A stretch of 64,000 nt of DNA from Bilabrum cf. latius (Eukaryota), in NCBI GenBank assembly GCA_965178125.1, contig OZ237738.1, positions 186,001 to 250,000 on the forward strand, in the 5' to 3' direction. Numbering within the stretch: position 1 is the first letter of the stretch; every line of letters begins with the position of its first letter. The notes beneath the pieces were generated by a model that was not told the DNA's origin, ran no database searches, and was given only the letters and a program-made list of their open reading frames with translations. A program made the translations under genes and the position numbers. Shown one piece after another: positions 49,731 through 61,876 of this stretch.

Positions 49731-52700
49731 ATGGATACCGCCGAATTTGAAAGCTGGGCAAAGCAATTCGAAAGACGCAGTCAAATCAGTTCCCATGGCT
49801 TAGCTCCCGCTTCTGAGCACGCCAGCCTTCGAAGTGGCATAGGCAACCACGCACAACCCGGAGGAATCTCACGGCGTGATAGCCAGTCAAGTCGACGAAG
49901 CAGGCGGAGATCATCCGTCGTTTTGGATTTGATGGCAACAGGATTAACTGACTTAGCAGCAGAGCAGGTGGCTGAATCAATGGGGCCTGATCTAGACGGC
50001 ACTGGTATCGCAGATAGCAGTAGCGGGGGCAGCAACCTGGACAGCATTGGCGAATAGGTTGAGGTCGTACACAATAGCCAGCCATTGGAGGAATCTATGG
50101 ATGCTCTTAAAGCGTGGAGGGCTTCAAGTGCTGATGTAAAGCCGCAGGTGTCAGACGCGCCATTCGTTGCTGGAACCCCAGCTGCAGATACTAGCAACAG
50201 CAGAAACTCCAGCGAAGCATTCTATCGTGATTCGAACGAGCGGACAAGCAGCAGTTCCATCTCTCAATCGCGAGGCCAGGCACTGGACTCGACGTATCCG
50301 ACCGAGTCGGATGCCGAGGCAGCTGTGCAGCGAATTTTCTAGAAGGCCGCCAGGCGTCGCACTGCAGCATCCAAGCGGCCTCAGCAAGAAATAGTGAGCA
50401 GTGGTACCTCAAAACCCGTGTAGAGAAGAAAGACACGCCCTGCACCGCCGCCAGTCCGCCGTATCCGGCCGCAAAGCCCGGTGCGAGCAAACCAGCACAG
50501 CAGCAATTTCGGCGGACCCCAGCCACCAGCCAGTCGGCCGTCCACGGCTACCGCTCGACGCCCGGGGCGAAATACTAGCCTGCAAGCCGGTCGTGACAGC
50601 CCTAACTCCAAGCAACGCCGCGCATGGTTTGCAGATGACCGGCGCGCGCAGCAGCAGCAGCAGCAGCAACAACGCCGTGGCGGCGGCAGTCCAACACTCG
50701 CAAGCCATGACCCTGAGTTGGAAATGCCCCGCCCGCACCAGCAAGGCGGCGCATCAAGTAAGTTGAGACCACTGAGTGCGGCGCCCAGGCTCGAGAAAGG
50801 CCCTCGATAGCGGAGTGCTATGAGCCCGAAGGACCGGCCTGGTGCCGATGTTGGAGCTGGATCCGGTGCAGGTGCTGGAGCTGGTGCAGCAGCGGGAGAG
50901 GAGGAGGGGCCCATGGTGCTGCGCTCCCTGCACGCGATTCGGCGCGCCGAGTCCACGACAACCAACGCAGGCGTGGGAGTCGAGCCATCCAGGCAGTGGC
51001 TTCACGTGGTGGAAGGCGGTGCTGCCAGTCTGTACTCGCTGCGGCTGCTGGCCCGACCTCGCAGTGCAGTGCACGTGAAGGTCACCTGCTCTGCCATGGG
51101 CAAGGCGCTGACGGTTCGACCGAAGGAGCTCGTGTTCCGGCCCGATGACTCGTGGTCTGTGCCACAAACCGTGAACGTCACTGCCATTGATGACGGAGAG
51201 TCAACCGGGTCGCAGAGGGGTATCATTGTGCACTCGTGCAGGTCTGAGGATGCTAGGTACAGCCACTCGCTGCCAGTGTCGCCAGTTCTGGTTATTGTTG
51301 TGGATGCAGACAGCGGGTTTGGGTGGGGCTTCGGCGTGTCGGCTAACGGCAGGCTGGGCATATGGTCGGGGGGCGGGCATGGCATGGGAAAAGACACGAC
51401 CTCCGTGCCGGCCCCCATTACCGCGTTGCCGGCCTAGCGGCTGCTGGAAGGGATCTTGGCCAACACGAAAGACGGACCCGCCGGCGGGATCCGGTCGGCC
51501 TTCCTCAGGCATGTGCTGGGCATCGCGGAGGACCCAAAGAACAAGAGCGGCGGCATGTAGAGCGTCAGAAAGGCACTAGCAGCTGCAGAGGCTCGTGCGC
51601 CCAGTTCGAAGCCAGGCAAGCCCACTGCCGCGCAGCTGCTAGTGGTCCCATCCGCCCGCCGTGCTGACAGGAGTGCTAGCGGGCCGCATGCGGGGGCACA
51701 TCCGCCCTCGACGCCTCGAGAGGCAAGCGGGTCTGGACTTGGCCTGACCGGCAGGGCGAACGCTGCCTCTGCTCGTGCCAGGGCAAGGGCCAGGGAGGGC
51801 CGGCGCATGGCCGCCAAGGCGCTCTCCATGAAACAGCAAGCGAGAAAGGAGGCCAGCGATCTTGCCAGCCGTACGCTCGCGAGTTTTGTGCCCATCCTCG
51901 GACTCGGATCTCTGGGTAGCGTGACGGTGTACCCCTCCGACAGCCACGAGAGGCTTGGTCTGGGGCGCCTGCTGCTGCGGTGGAGGAACCAGCGCAGTGT
52001 GGCGACCACTCAGGAGCACCAGCAGTGGTGGGCGCGCAACCACGAGAAGACAGGCAAACAGGAAGAAGAGCTTGCGGAAGAGCTGCGCGAGATGCGCGGC
52101 GAGGTGGCAGGCGATTCCGAGGGCGAGATGGACGGGGGTATGAATGACTCCGACAGTGACGGGGGTAAGCCTAGGAGCGCTGAGCACGCCAAGCGGACCA
52201 TGTCAAGGCTGCTCGGGGATATGCTGGGCCAGTCCAGGCGGCAGAGGGCCCGCACGTCCTCGCCGCAGAAGAAGGCAAAGAATCCCGCCGAGTCCAAGTG
52301 TGAACGAGGCGCTTCTTCTGCTACCGATCCAGGCAATGACACGAAGCTGCAAAGCCCTTCCAGCACGGACCGGACGGTAGCAGTCGTCACGAAGCATCTC
52401 AGTAGCGACCTAGAGGCGCCCCGCAAATCCGTGGCTGACCGAATGGCGGCTCTTCGCAGGCGCAGCCAGCAGATTTCAAGGATGAGACTAGCGCTGGGCG
52501 CGGGGAGTGCGGCAGGATTCAAGCACGAAGCCGGCGAGTCGGCTGCTCTTGCAAGCTCGGCACGTCGCCGGTGGCTGCGCAAAGCTCAAGTGAAGCTGGG
52601 AGTGGTACCCAGCCTTGGGCCGTCCGAGCGGCTATCTGAAAGCAAGGGTGAAGACGGACATAGGGGCGCAGATCCAGGTCGGCCGGCCACGGCGCGTACC

Positions 52701-55700
52701 CGTCGCCCCGGCGTGCTAGCCCTGGAAAGTGACTCGAGCGAGGACGGAGCCGCTGACGGCGCTGACTCCACGCGGTCAGAGAACAGCCCCTCCAGGGCCC
52801 TCCGTAGGGTGGTGACCCGCGAGCGCTGGATGAATGCAGGGGTGAGTTTACTGGCGCAGGTAGACGGAGGAGGGCAGTCCGCGATGCGGCTCGCGGCGCG
52901 CGGTACGCGGAAGCGCAGAGCGGCGTCTTCCTCGCCCCGTCCTACCAGGGACACGCTCCACCTGGATCTGCAGGGCGTTTCTAGCACCAAGGCGGCGGAC
53001 CAGCGGCTCGCCCGCGCCATTGAAGCCCGAATCGGCGCGCAGGGAAGCAGGCGCGGGTCCATGGATGGCACCAGATCAGCGCCTTGGCGCCGCATGATGG
53101 CGCGCCGGCAATCCGTGGAGGCCACTGATCCAGAGTTGGCAGCACGTACCGCAGCGCAGGCCGCCCAGGCCGCCAAACAGGCCGAGCAGGACAGGCTAGA
53201 AGCACAGCGGCGCTAGCAGGAAACTATGGCAAATGCCTCACCCGTGCGCAGAGCCGCCAGTCGGGCAGACATGCGCTCGCCGGCTGAATCGCAGTCGCCC
53301 ATGAAGCGCGGAGATAGGGTGCATTGGGGCTCTAGCGTGCAGAATAGCGCCCGAGGCTCACCGCCGGGTGCCAAGTCCCCTGAAGGCAGCGCCAAGCTGG
53401 AGGGAGGGAGCGGCAGCATCCGCACCAAGTCGCTCTTCGAGAAGGAGGGCGTGGGCCTATCAACGCTCAAGTCGCACCTGGCCAGCATCCCATCTTCAGT
53501 CGCCAAGGACATCGCAGAGGGTGGATCGTCCAAGGGTGCTGCGGAGCCCGGTGAGACAGCCGTGGTCCAGGTTCCATCAAAATCCAGCTCACGGCGGAGC
53601 GGAGACCCCGAGAGCAAGTTCTTTGATAAAGTGAGCTCCACCATGGACAAGCTGAGGGCGAGTCGGCTGGCGCTGGAGCACAAGCTCCGGGTGGTGGACC
53701 CTAAACTATTGGCTAACGAGGTGGCCGATGTGGTCACCGCCGGGCGGCCTTCTAAAGCCCACAATTAGCAAGGCGAGCGAGGGAAGGCAGGGGCGGCTGC
53801 AGCTGCCGCCGAACAGGAGCAGAGGCGCAAGCAGAAACTGTTTGTGGATGCCACGGCAGAGGCTGTGCAGGCCCGCGCTCTCGCGAGCATCGGCCTCTTC
53901 CGCACTGACCGGGAGCGAGAGATCCGCAAGTTGGCCCAGATGATGAAGCAGATCCGGGCCAGCAAGCAGAGCCTGGATTTCTCGGCACGAGGTGCAATGT
54001 AGCTGGGTGAGATCATGGGCCAGAGCTCTTCTGTGCACCCGGGGGCTGCAAATGGTGGGCTGTCCGCGGTGGCGTCTGTGAGTGGGTCGGCGGCACAGAG
54101 GTCCCTGGGCTCGAAGGGGTCCAGGCAGCAGTCTGCGAGCGGCAGCGCGGCCAGCTCCGACGAGGACTCGGACGCTCCGGACACGGAGTACTCGGGGGGT
54201 GCGGCTGGGCTGCTGGCCTCGCATGCCGAAGGCGGTGCTGCAGCGCCCCGCAGGCGGGGAAGCAAGCTGTCTGGAGGCGCTCGTCGATCGTCGACCAGCT
54301 TCCGAGAGGCGGCCTACCTTGACGTGGGCGACGGCAAGCGGCTCAGTGTGGTGCGGGAGGCCCTACGGCCCAAAGCTCGCCGCCAGAGCGTCCTGTCCAT
54401 TGAATCCAGCGACACCGATGCGCACTCAGTGCAGCTGAGCGATGGCTCCATCGTCTCGGAGCAGCGGAGCCTGCATGAACATCGGGGTCGGCTCAGCTCG
54501 AAAGGCAACGGCCACCGCGGAGGAGGACGCTCCAAGTTCGGGAGCAGATCCTCTTCTAAGACGTCCTTCTCGAGCGACTAGGACGAGTCTGCACCCGGCG
54601 ACATGTCAAGAAAGTACAAGGAGCACTTGGACGAATCGCTGAAACGGCCCATGAGCGGCCTCCGCCGCCTACCGAGCAGCCACCGAGGCTTTTCCGAGGA
54701 AGCCCGCAGAACGGCGCTCATGGACGTGAATGATGCGCGGAGAGACTTGCACAAGGCAATTACCAAGAAGCTTCGCGACCACGAGAAGCGTTTGGCCGAA
54801 ATTCGCGGGCTAAACGAGGACGCCGTGGCCCTTGTGGACGTCGGCTCGGACGACGAGGGAGTGGGTCGGTTCGAGGGTGGTGACCCGGTGCGAGCGACTC
54901 GCCTAGAGTTGCGGTACGATGGCGACGAGGCGATTGAGGCAGTGCTCAGGAACACCTTCAAGGGAAAGCAAGCGCAGGCGGGTGGGGGGGCGCGCGGTGC
55001 AGACCGGCTGTCCGAGACATCGACAGGTCGATCAGGCGGCCAGACAGGGTCGTCCTTTGTGGTGCAGAAGGCGTCTGCTGGCGGCTCTGCCAAGCGGCCG
55101 GACAAGCCCACCGCGGCCGTCGGGACTCCAAAGTCTCCTGAGCGACGTGGCATGGTCCCGGGCGACAAGGGCGCGAATCAGACGGCCATCCCACTTGCGT
55201 CTCCGCTTGGGCCCCCGGCCGTCGGGTCTTCTGCCGGTGCCCAGGCGCCTACTTCGTCGACTGCGATCGTGCCGCACGCAAGCAAGACGCGCGAACAGAA
55301 TCAGTCGCAAGACGAACAATCCGCGCCTCAGTCCGGCGAGCCTACCGCCAGGCTGGCCCATTTCTCAAGCGGAGGAGGGCACGCTCTGGGTATCCTGTCC
55401 GGCGGTGTGCTTGTGGCGCAGGGTTGTGGGTAGGACGGGCAGCACGGGACTGGCGATCGCTTGGACGCTCCCGCCCCGCGGCTTGTCGTGCCCCTCTGCC
55501 GCACGCCCATCGTAAAGGTGGCGGCTGGCGGTCGGCACAGCGTGGTAGTGGCTGCGGATGGCGTGGCGTTTGCGTTCGGGTGTGATGAGTGCGGATGCTG
55601 CGGCTTCGGTCCGCTGCCCTGGTCCCGCGCGAGCAGGGCGGAAGCTGCCTTCAAGGGGTCTGCCACGGCGGCCGCTGCGGCAGCCGCCAGGGCGGCCGTG

Positions 55701-58007
55701 TCCGCTGGCTTGCACGGCGCTGCTTCGTCCTCCTCCGCCGCAATTCTCAGGGCTTCAAGGCCCGTCCCTGGGATGTGCATCACCACGCCCATGCCCATCT
55801 TGTCTCTTAGGGACGCGGGCGAGCGCGTGACCCACGCAGCATGCGGCGATGACTTCACCTTGCTACTCACCGCGAGGCAGCGGGTGTACGCCTGCGGAAG
55901 GGGTGACTCGGGGCAGCTTGGGGTGGGCAAACCGGCCTCCATGGACGAAGACGCCGAGGGAACCGGGCCCGGCGTGGCGGTTGTCAAGTCGCAGCAGTCG
56001 CCCAGAGGTGCGCATGGCCGGGCGCCGCCGCTGGGCTCCCACGTGGTGGGCCCGTGGTGCCTGCGCAGCCCCACTCGGGTCCGTGGACTCGACGAGAGGG
56101 GCGTGTTTTCTCTGGATGCGGGTGCCAAGCACTCGGTGGCTCTGGGGGAGGGAGGCCGCACGGTGTTTGTGTGGGGTTCGAGAGACGAGGGGCGGTGTGG
56201 GGAACCGCTGCCCCTGGGCGCCAGCAAGGAGCAGGACCCCACCCCGGCGCAGGTGGCCCGGAGCGCCATGGCGGCTCGCAAGCTGGAACCAGGGGAGCAC
56301 AGGGGTGGGCTCATGGTCCCGCACCGGCTGGATACACGCGGCCTGAGGGTGCAGCTGGAGCTCCACATGGCTCTGCAGAATGGGGCCTCCATCGACGACC
56401 TCAAGAAACGGGCCGGCTCTGCAGCGGAACAGGCGGCTTCGGCACCCTCGGCCACGGGTGGCGGGTCCAGCGGCTCCTTCTCTGGAGCGAGCCGGCGAGG
56501 GGGCAGACAGAGCGCGTTCTATGGGCAGCTCACGAAGCGAGGGTCTCTCGTCGACATGCTGCGGGCTGGAACCGCCTAGGATGCTCCGTCCAGTGATGAC
56601 ACGCCCCGGGGTTTGGCCGGAGGATTCGGTCGGCTGTCTGATCCGGCCGATGAGGTGCCTACACTGGCTACCGGCACCCTCCTTCGGCACGTGGAGGCGG
56701 GAGGCAGACACACGGCGCTTCTGTCGGAGCACGGAGACATCTTCATGTTCGGGAGCAACTCGGACGGTCAGCTCCTGCTCACACCAGAGGACGTGGAGGT
56801 GGCCGTGCTGGCGGATGCACTGATTGGAGACCACGATCGGAGGTAGCACGCGGCGTCGGAAGCACGGGCCCGCGCGAACCTGGAGCGAGCCAGGAGACGC
56901 AAGGGCAAGGAGAAGGGGTTCGCTGTGGCCGCTGCCCGCAGGAGAACTCCGGGCGAGAAGATGATCTTGGAGGCTCGGAAGAAAGCAGGAGTGGTCATCG
57001 TGAAGAAGAGAGGCAAGCGGAAGCGACGCAAGAAGAGAGAGGAGAGCACCGGCCAGGAGCAGGGTGCGCCAGGAGCCCCGCGGCCGAGGCTCGGTCGGCG
57101 AGGCAGAGCCAGGGACCCAAAGGTCTCCGAGATCGATGTGTCTCCGGCTGCCATGGCCGCGAGGCGGCGGAAGCAGCTGCTGCGACAGAGCGGGAAAGGG
57201 GTGATCGCTATCCCCACGATGGCGGGCACGTTCGCGCGGATCAAGCAGCGAGCCGCGTGGGTGTCGCTGGGCGAGAACCACAGCATGGTCGTGTCCGAGG
57301 ATGGCCTGGCGTTCGCGGGGGGCGCCGAGGAGCTGGGCGCGACTGGGATCGAGAATGCCACGGGTGCGGCTGCTCCCAGGCGGCAAGGGGTCGTGGGGGG
57401 CAGCCTGGCCGCTAGCAGCTTCGGCGCGGCGGGCGACGGCACTTCGGTGCTCGGCTCCGTTGCTGGCGCGCATTCGGTGGTTCTAGCCGGCGGCAGTAGC
57501 AGCGTCGCGGCGCGTCGGATGCCAGTGCCGGGCGACCTCACGGGGCTGCGGCCTGCGCGTGGTTTAGCCGGCGGGTCGGCGTACTCTGGGAGTCTCTCCG
57601 GTATGAGCAGCAGCAGCAGCAGTCCGAGGCGGCCTGCTAGCGCCGTACCTCGCGGTCCACGCGCCCCATCGCCTCGCTCACGGCCGATGAGCGCCGCGCC
57701 GAGTGCCTCTCGCCGACGCGTTGTGGCTGGTGCTACCGGTGGAGATGCTGCAGCGGCCGCCACTGCTGTCAAAGAGTACACCTGGAAAGAGCTGCAGAGC
57801 TCCTCCAAGTATCTCGTGGGCCCGCAGCCTGTCAAGAGGCTGCTGGGACACCGCGTGCTCGACGCATCTGCGGGCCGTGGGTTCACCCTGGTGCTCACAG
57901 ACGCCCCGCACGACCAGCCGGATGAGGAGCTGAGGCAGCGGCAGGCAGAGGTCCTTGCGGAGCTGCAGCTGCTGAGGATGGAAGCTGGGCTCACAGTAAG
58001 GCGGTGA
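49731..58007 (+). CDS. Giant (about 2750 aa) RCC1-repeat protein with an N-terminal Calx-beta/cadherin-like beta-sandwich
   Basis: Eleven track ORFs in one frame joined by about 13 TAGs; ends TGA 58005-58007. RCC1 blades VAAGGRHS, AACGDDFT..GRGDSGQLG, LDAGAKHS, VEAGGRHT..FGSNSDGQL, VSLGENHS, ASAGRGFT. Start could be ATG 49650. Confidence 0.8.
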
Positions 58008-58151
58008 TTAGTGAATTGGCTGCTGGCAGGAATGCTAGCAATAACAATGTTGTTTTGTGCACAACACGCAAGCAACATATCACGCAAGGTCCCATGCATG
58101 CGCACTGCATTGTGCAACACACGTGAGCTCACAACGCAGTGTGCGAGCGCC

Positions 58152-59627
58152 TCAGTCCCAGCTGCTCCAAGGGATGCGCGTGAACATTGTCACGCATGAG
58201 GCTCCGCTGCAGTCCCCTGCAGATGTCTCCCAGAGCAACCCCAGCCCAGACGATTTCGGCTCGGCCGCGATCGACCCACCAGTGCTGCCCCCTGTGCCAG
58301 CGCCAGTCTCGAATGTCTCCGTCAGGCACGAGTACGCGTAGTCCACGGCCTCCCCGCTGATTGGCAGGGAGCTGCCCCAGTCGTGCCCGCCGCTAGTGGA
58401 CCGCTTGACCGTGCCGTTCACGCGCCCGGCCGTGGTGGAAGGGTTCGCGAAGTAGGCCGCCCCCGGAGACTGGCCACCCACAGCGTTGATGAGCGTGGCC
58501 TGGCAGACGGGCGACTCGAGCTGGGGAACAAAAGTGACGGGCCCGAAGGACGCGCCCCCGTCCGTGCTCCTGGCTTCTGCCCTGCAGTCGCACGCGTTGA
58601 TGTGGTTATTCCTCATGTTCGCCACGACCTCCATGGCAGGCGTGGAGGTGTCCACGTACAGGAGGGCTTCATCCATGTGCTCCAGGCTAGAGTTGGACAC
58701 GCTGTAGGTCTGCCCGCCGTCGTCCGAGTACCACACGAAGTCCTCAACGTAAGCGCCGTGGTGTCCGATGAACAGCAGCCGGCCAGGCGCCACTGGGTGA
58801 TCGTCCGGCAACGTGAGCCCGGTGCCCGGGCCAACGTCCGAGCCGGCGGCCGTGCCCAGCTGCTTGCTGATGTCCACGGGCGCCGTCCACGACTTGCCGG
58901 CGTCATAGGACTCCAACTGGATGCTCTGGCCCGGTCCAATACCTCCACCTGTGCTCCCCGCCGAGCAAGTCACTCCCTGGAGGAAAACAGTGCCATTCGG
59001 CCTAGAGCTGGACGGAGGTGCGACAGTCACCGTCGGCTGGAGCGCACACTCGGCGATCGTGACCAGGTCGGACCATGTTGCACCGCTGTCGTCGGAGATC
59101 TTGTAGCACATGTCGCGCTCGTCTGACATCGGCGACTCGTCCTTTGCGTGATGATGCGAGTCGAGCGGGACACACCCATCCCCCACCCAATACCTGCACT
59201 CCGCAAATGCCAACAGCCGCCCAGGGAGCCATGAAACGGACGTGATTGCCGGTATCCGGATGCAAGGATACGTAATATTGTTGTTTATTGCTGTTTCTCC
59301 GTGTGAAAATACAGAAAAGGTGTCGACCATGCCTCGCTTGCACCGATCCAAGATTCCAGCTATTTGCGTTGGCCTCGTGCAATAATCCTTCCCACCAACG
59401 TAATGAGAGTGGGTGGGGTCCAGCGTAGACTCTGCATAGCACCTCCACTGATGCGGACCGTGCTCAGCGTTCGTGTCATTCAATGCGTAGAGCTTGCCCG
59501 AATGCTTAATGGGGCAGGTGAATGCCATGTTGCACCAAGCAGTGGCGGCAGCTGTGCATGCGTCGTCGCCTGCGACACTGTATACAGCTGCTCCTAAAAG
59601 CACGCACGTTGGGAGTAAAAGACGCAT
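58152..59627 (-). CDS. Secreted BNR/Asp-box sialidase (GH33-like), 491 aa, intronless
   Basis: Signal peptide MRLLLPTCVLLGAAVYSVAG, RIP motif (CIRIPAI), five Asp-boxes (SDDSGATW, SYDAGKSW, SDDGGQTY, STDGGASF, STSGGHDW), candidate catalytic MDE, NMR, GRVN, YAYS; ends TGA. Confidence 0.88.
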   Translation of the reverse strand: MRLLLPTCVLLGAAVYSVAGDDACTAAATAWCNMAFTCPIKHSGKLYALNDTNAEHGPHQWRCYAESTLDPTHSHYVGGKDYCTRPTQIAGILDRCKRGMVDTFSVFSHGETAINNNITYPCIRIPAITSVSWLPGRLLAFAECRYWVGDGCVPLDSHHHAKDESPMSDERDMCYKISDDSGATWSDLVTIAECALQPTVTVAPPSSSRPNGTVFLQGVTCSAGSTGGGIGPGQSIQLESYDAGKSWTAPVDISKQLGTAAGSDVGPGTGLTLPDDHPVAPGRLLFIGHHGAYVEDFVWYSDDGGQTYSVSNSSLEHMDEALLYVDTSTPAMEVVANMRNNHINACDCRAEARSTDGGASFGPVTFVPQLESPVCQATLINAVGGQSPGAAYFANPSTTAGRVNGTVKRSTSGGHDWGSSLPISGEAVDYAYSCLTETFETGAGTGGSTGGSIAAEPKSSGLGLLWETSAGDCSGASCVTMFTRIPWSSWD

Positions 59628-59763
59628 TTTCGGAAGCAGCTTGCAGTGACGCAAAAGACGGGACTCCGTCACGGGAGGACTGGGGTGGACTCCGGTTGCA
59701 ACCACATCGTAATGATGAAGGACAATGATATTGATGTCGCGGCCTTGGGCCGAATCAATAAAC

Positions 59764-61088
59764 TCAGTTGTCCACATCTTCGACGCCGTCGCCGCCGGCT
59801 CCCTCGCCATCGCCGCCATCGCTGGTCCACAGCGTCAAGTTATCCCTGATCAGCTGCATAATGAGCGTGGCATCCTTGTACTGCTCCTCCTCCAGAGTGT
59901 CGAGGTCAGCAATAGCACTATCGAAGGCGCTCTTTGCGAGCTGGCACGCCTTCTGGGGCTCGCCCAAAATTTCGTAGTAGAAGACACTGTAGTTCAAAGC
60001 CAGGCCAAGGCGGATGGGGTTGGTGCTGGGCAGGCCCCTCTCGTCCGCAGTCTTGGAGGCATCGTCGTACTTTTTCCTGGCCTCCTCGGCGCGCTTGGTC
60101 TTCTCGTCACCGGAGGCAAACTCGGCCAGATATCGGTGGTAATCGCCGGCCATCTTTAGGTAGAACACCTTGCCCTCGGGGCTCTCCGTGCTGGGCAGCA
60201 ACGAGTCATCCAGCACATCCAGCAGCTCTTTGCAGATGTCTCCGAGCTCAGTCTCGACCTTCTCCTTGTACGCCTTGATCCACCCCACCTTCTCGGTGCT
60301 CTCCTGGTCGCCCTTGGACTGCTCCTTCTGCTCGATCGATGTCAGCACGCGCCACGACGCTCGGCGTGCGCCCACGATGTTCTGCGATGGTACAGTGAGA
60401 ATCATAAGTGGGATGCAAGTAGCTTGAAGGAGACTCGCGTGGCTTCATCCAGGCACGAACACTGGTAATTCTGAATCTTGCCCCCCCCCCCACTTGAGAG
60501 CCTCGACGATTGCGACCGCGGCTCGATCCGTTTCAAAACTAACCTTGTAAGCAACTGCAGAGACAATTAACAGGAAAAAATAATTGAAAGAAGGCGTGCA
60601 GAGTTGTGGGGGGTAAACAACAAGCTGCTGCTTCAGTTAACGGATCTTCAAAATACGGACCCAGACCGATAGTGGCTCACCTGACAAGAGGTTCCTCTCC
60701 TCCACGGTAAGCTCAACCTTCAGCTCTGCCAAAGCCTTCACGCTCTTAACCTGCGGAGTTGATCGGACAGCAAAAATCCAGTAGGGCGCGTGTCGGTTCC
60801 ACTTGGAACGCATGGTCTCCACGAGGCAGTCACGCGTCGAAAGCTCCACTTTCTCACCATGTCATCGTACCTCTCAGCTTCCTGCGGCACAAAATACGGT
60901 AGAACGGAAGATAGCGACGGTGCGTGCAAATCGCAAGGGCTCGTTCCAGATGGAGGCCGTTTGATGTCTGTCGGATCGATGGCCGCTGGGGTCGCGAATG
61001 CGTCTTTCTGGCAATTGAAACTCACTTCAGCCAACTTGGATTCGTACACAAGACGACGGCGCTCAGCAGGGGTCTTCGCAGAAGCCAT
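59764..61088 (-). CDS. 14-3-3 protein; exons 61088-61026, 60881-60858, 60750-60681, 60554-60544, 60381-59764
   Basis: Spliced [67 protein letters not shown]. Four GT-AG introns; ends TGA. Confidence 0.96.
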
Positions 61089-61876
61089 TTTACTTTGATT
61101 TGCGAATACTTAGTGCGATTGGCGAGCGACACCTTTCGTCGATCTTTGCGCGGCGATTCCGAGACAAACAATTATACGGAACCTTTCAGTCCGGCCAAAG
61201 ACTAACAACACCAGAGTTATAGCCGCGAAACTGCTGTTTATCCTCGCGGGGGCTCTTTCGGGCCTGCTTCTGCACGTAAAAACAGCATGGAACATGTATC
61301 ATCATGCGACCCGACGGCGCCAGGGTTTGGTCGCATAACGCAGCACGCACTATATATAATTTCGAATCTCTGTATGCCTCAGACACACCATTTTCGCAAG
61401 CATATAGTATACCATGCACTGCCGCCCCCGGCAGACTCTAGGCCTTACTTTTGTTGACCAGATGAGCACGACCAGCCATGACCGAGAAGTTGGTCGCAAA
61501 ACGAGGTCGGTCATCATTGACTCATAATCTTGTAGAATTAGCAGCTCTCGTAGGAATCAGATCAATATTCTTACATTAAACAAGTCAGGTGCAGAGCCTC
61601 AATTAGTTTGCTGGCATCGAGTACGGCCCAGCACCCAGGTTGCGTCGATACAAGCCTGCAATTCAACCTTGCGTATTTCTTGCAATCAAGCGAGTACTGC
61701 ATCCAAATTTCTAGAAGAGTGGAATTGTACGCTGAGGTCGATCGAAGAACAGGGCATTCGCTTCGTTCTTGGCATTCTGTCGAAGGGGGCGCTGGATCCG
61801 GTAGAACTGTCAGCCAACCAGCAACCAGTTTGTCTTTTATCAGTAGCAGGGCCCAATAGTTTAGAAGCTGTGAGTG

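Noticed and set aside
59628-59819. Longer N-terminus of the sialidase ORF (track start 59819)
   Set aside because: Overlaps the 14-3-3 3' end; ATG 59627 gives a clean signal peptide.
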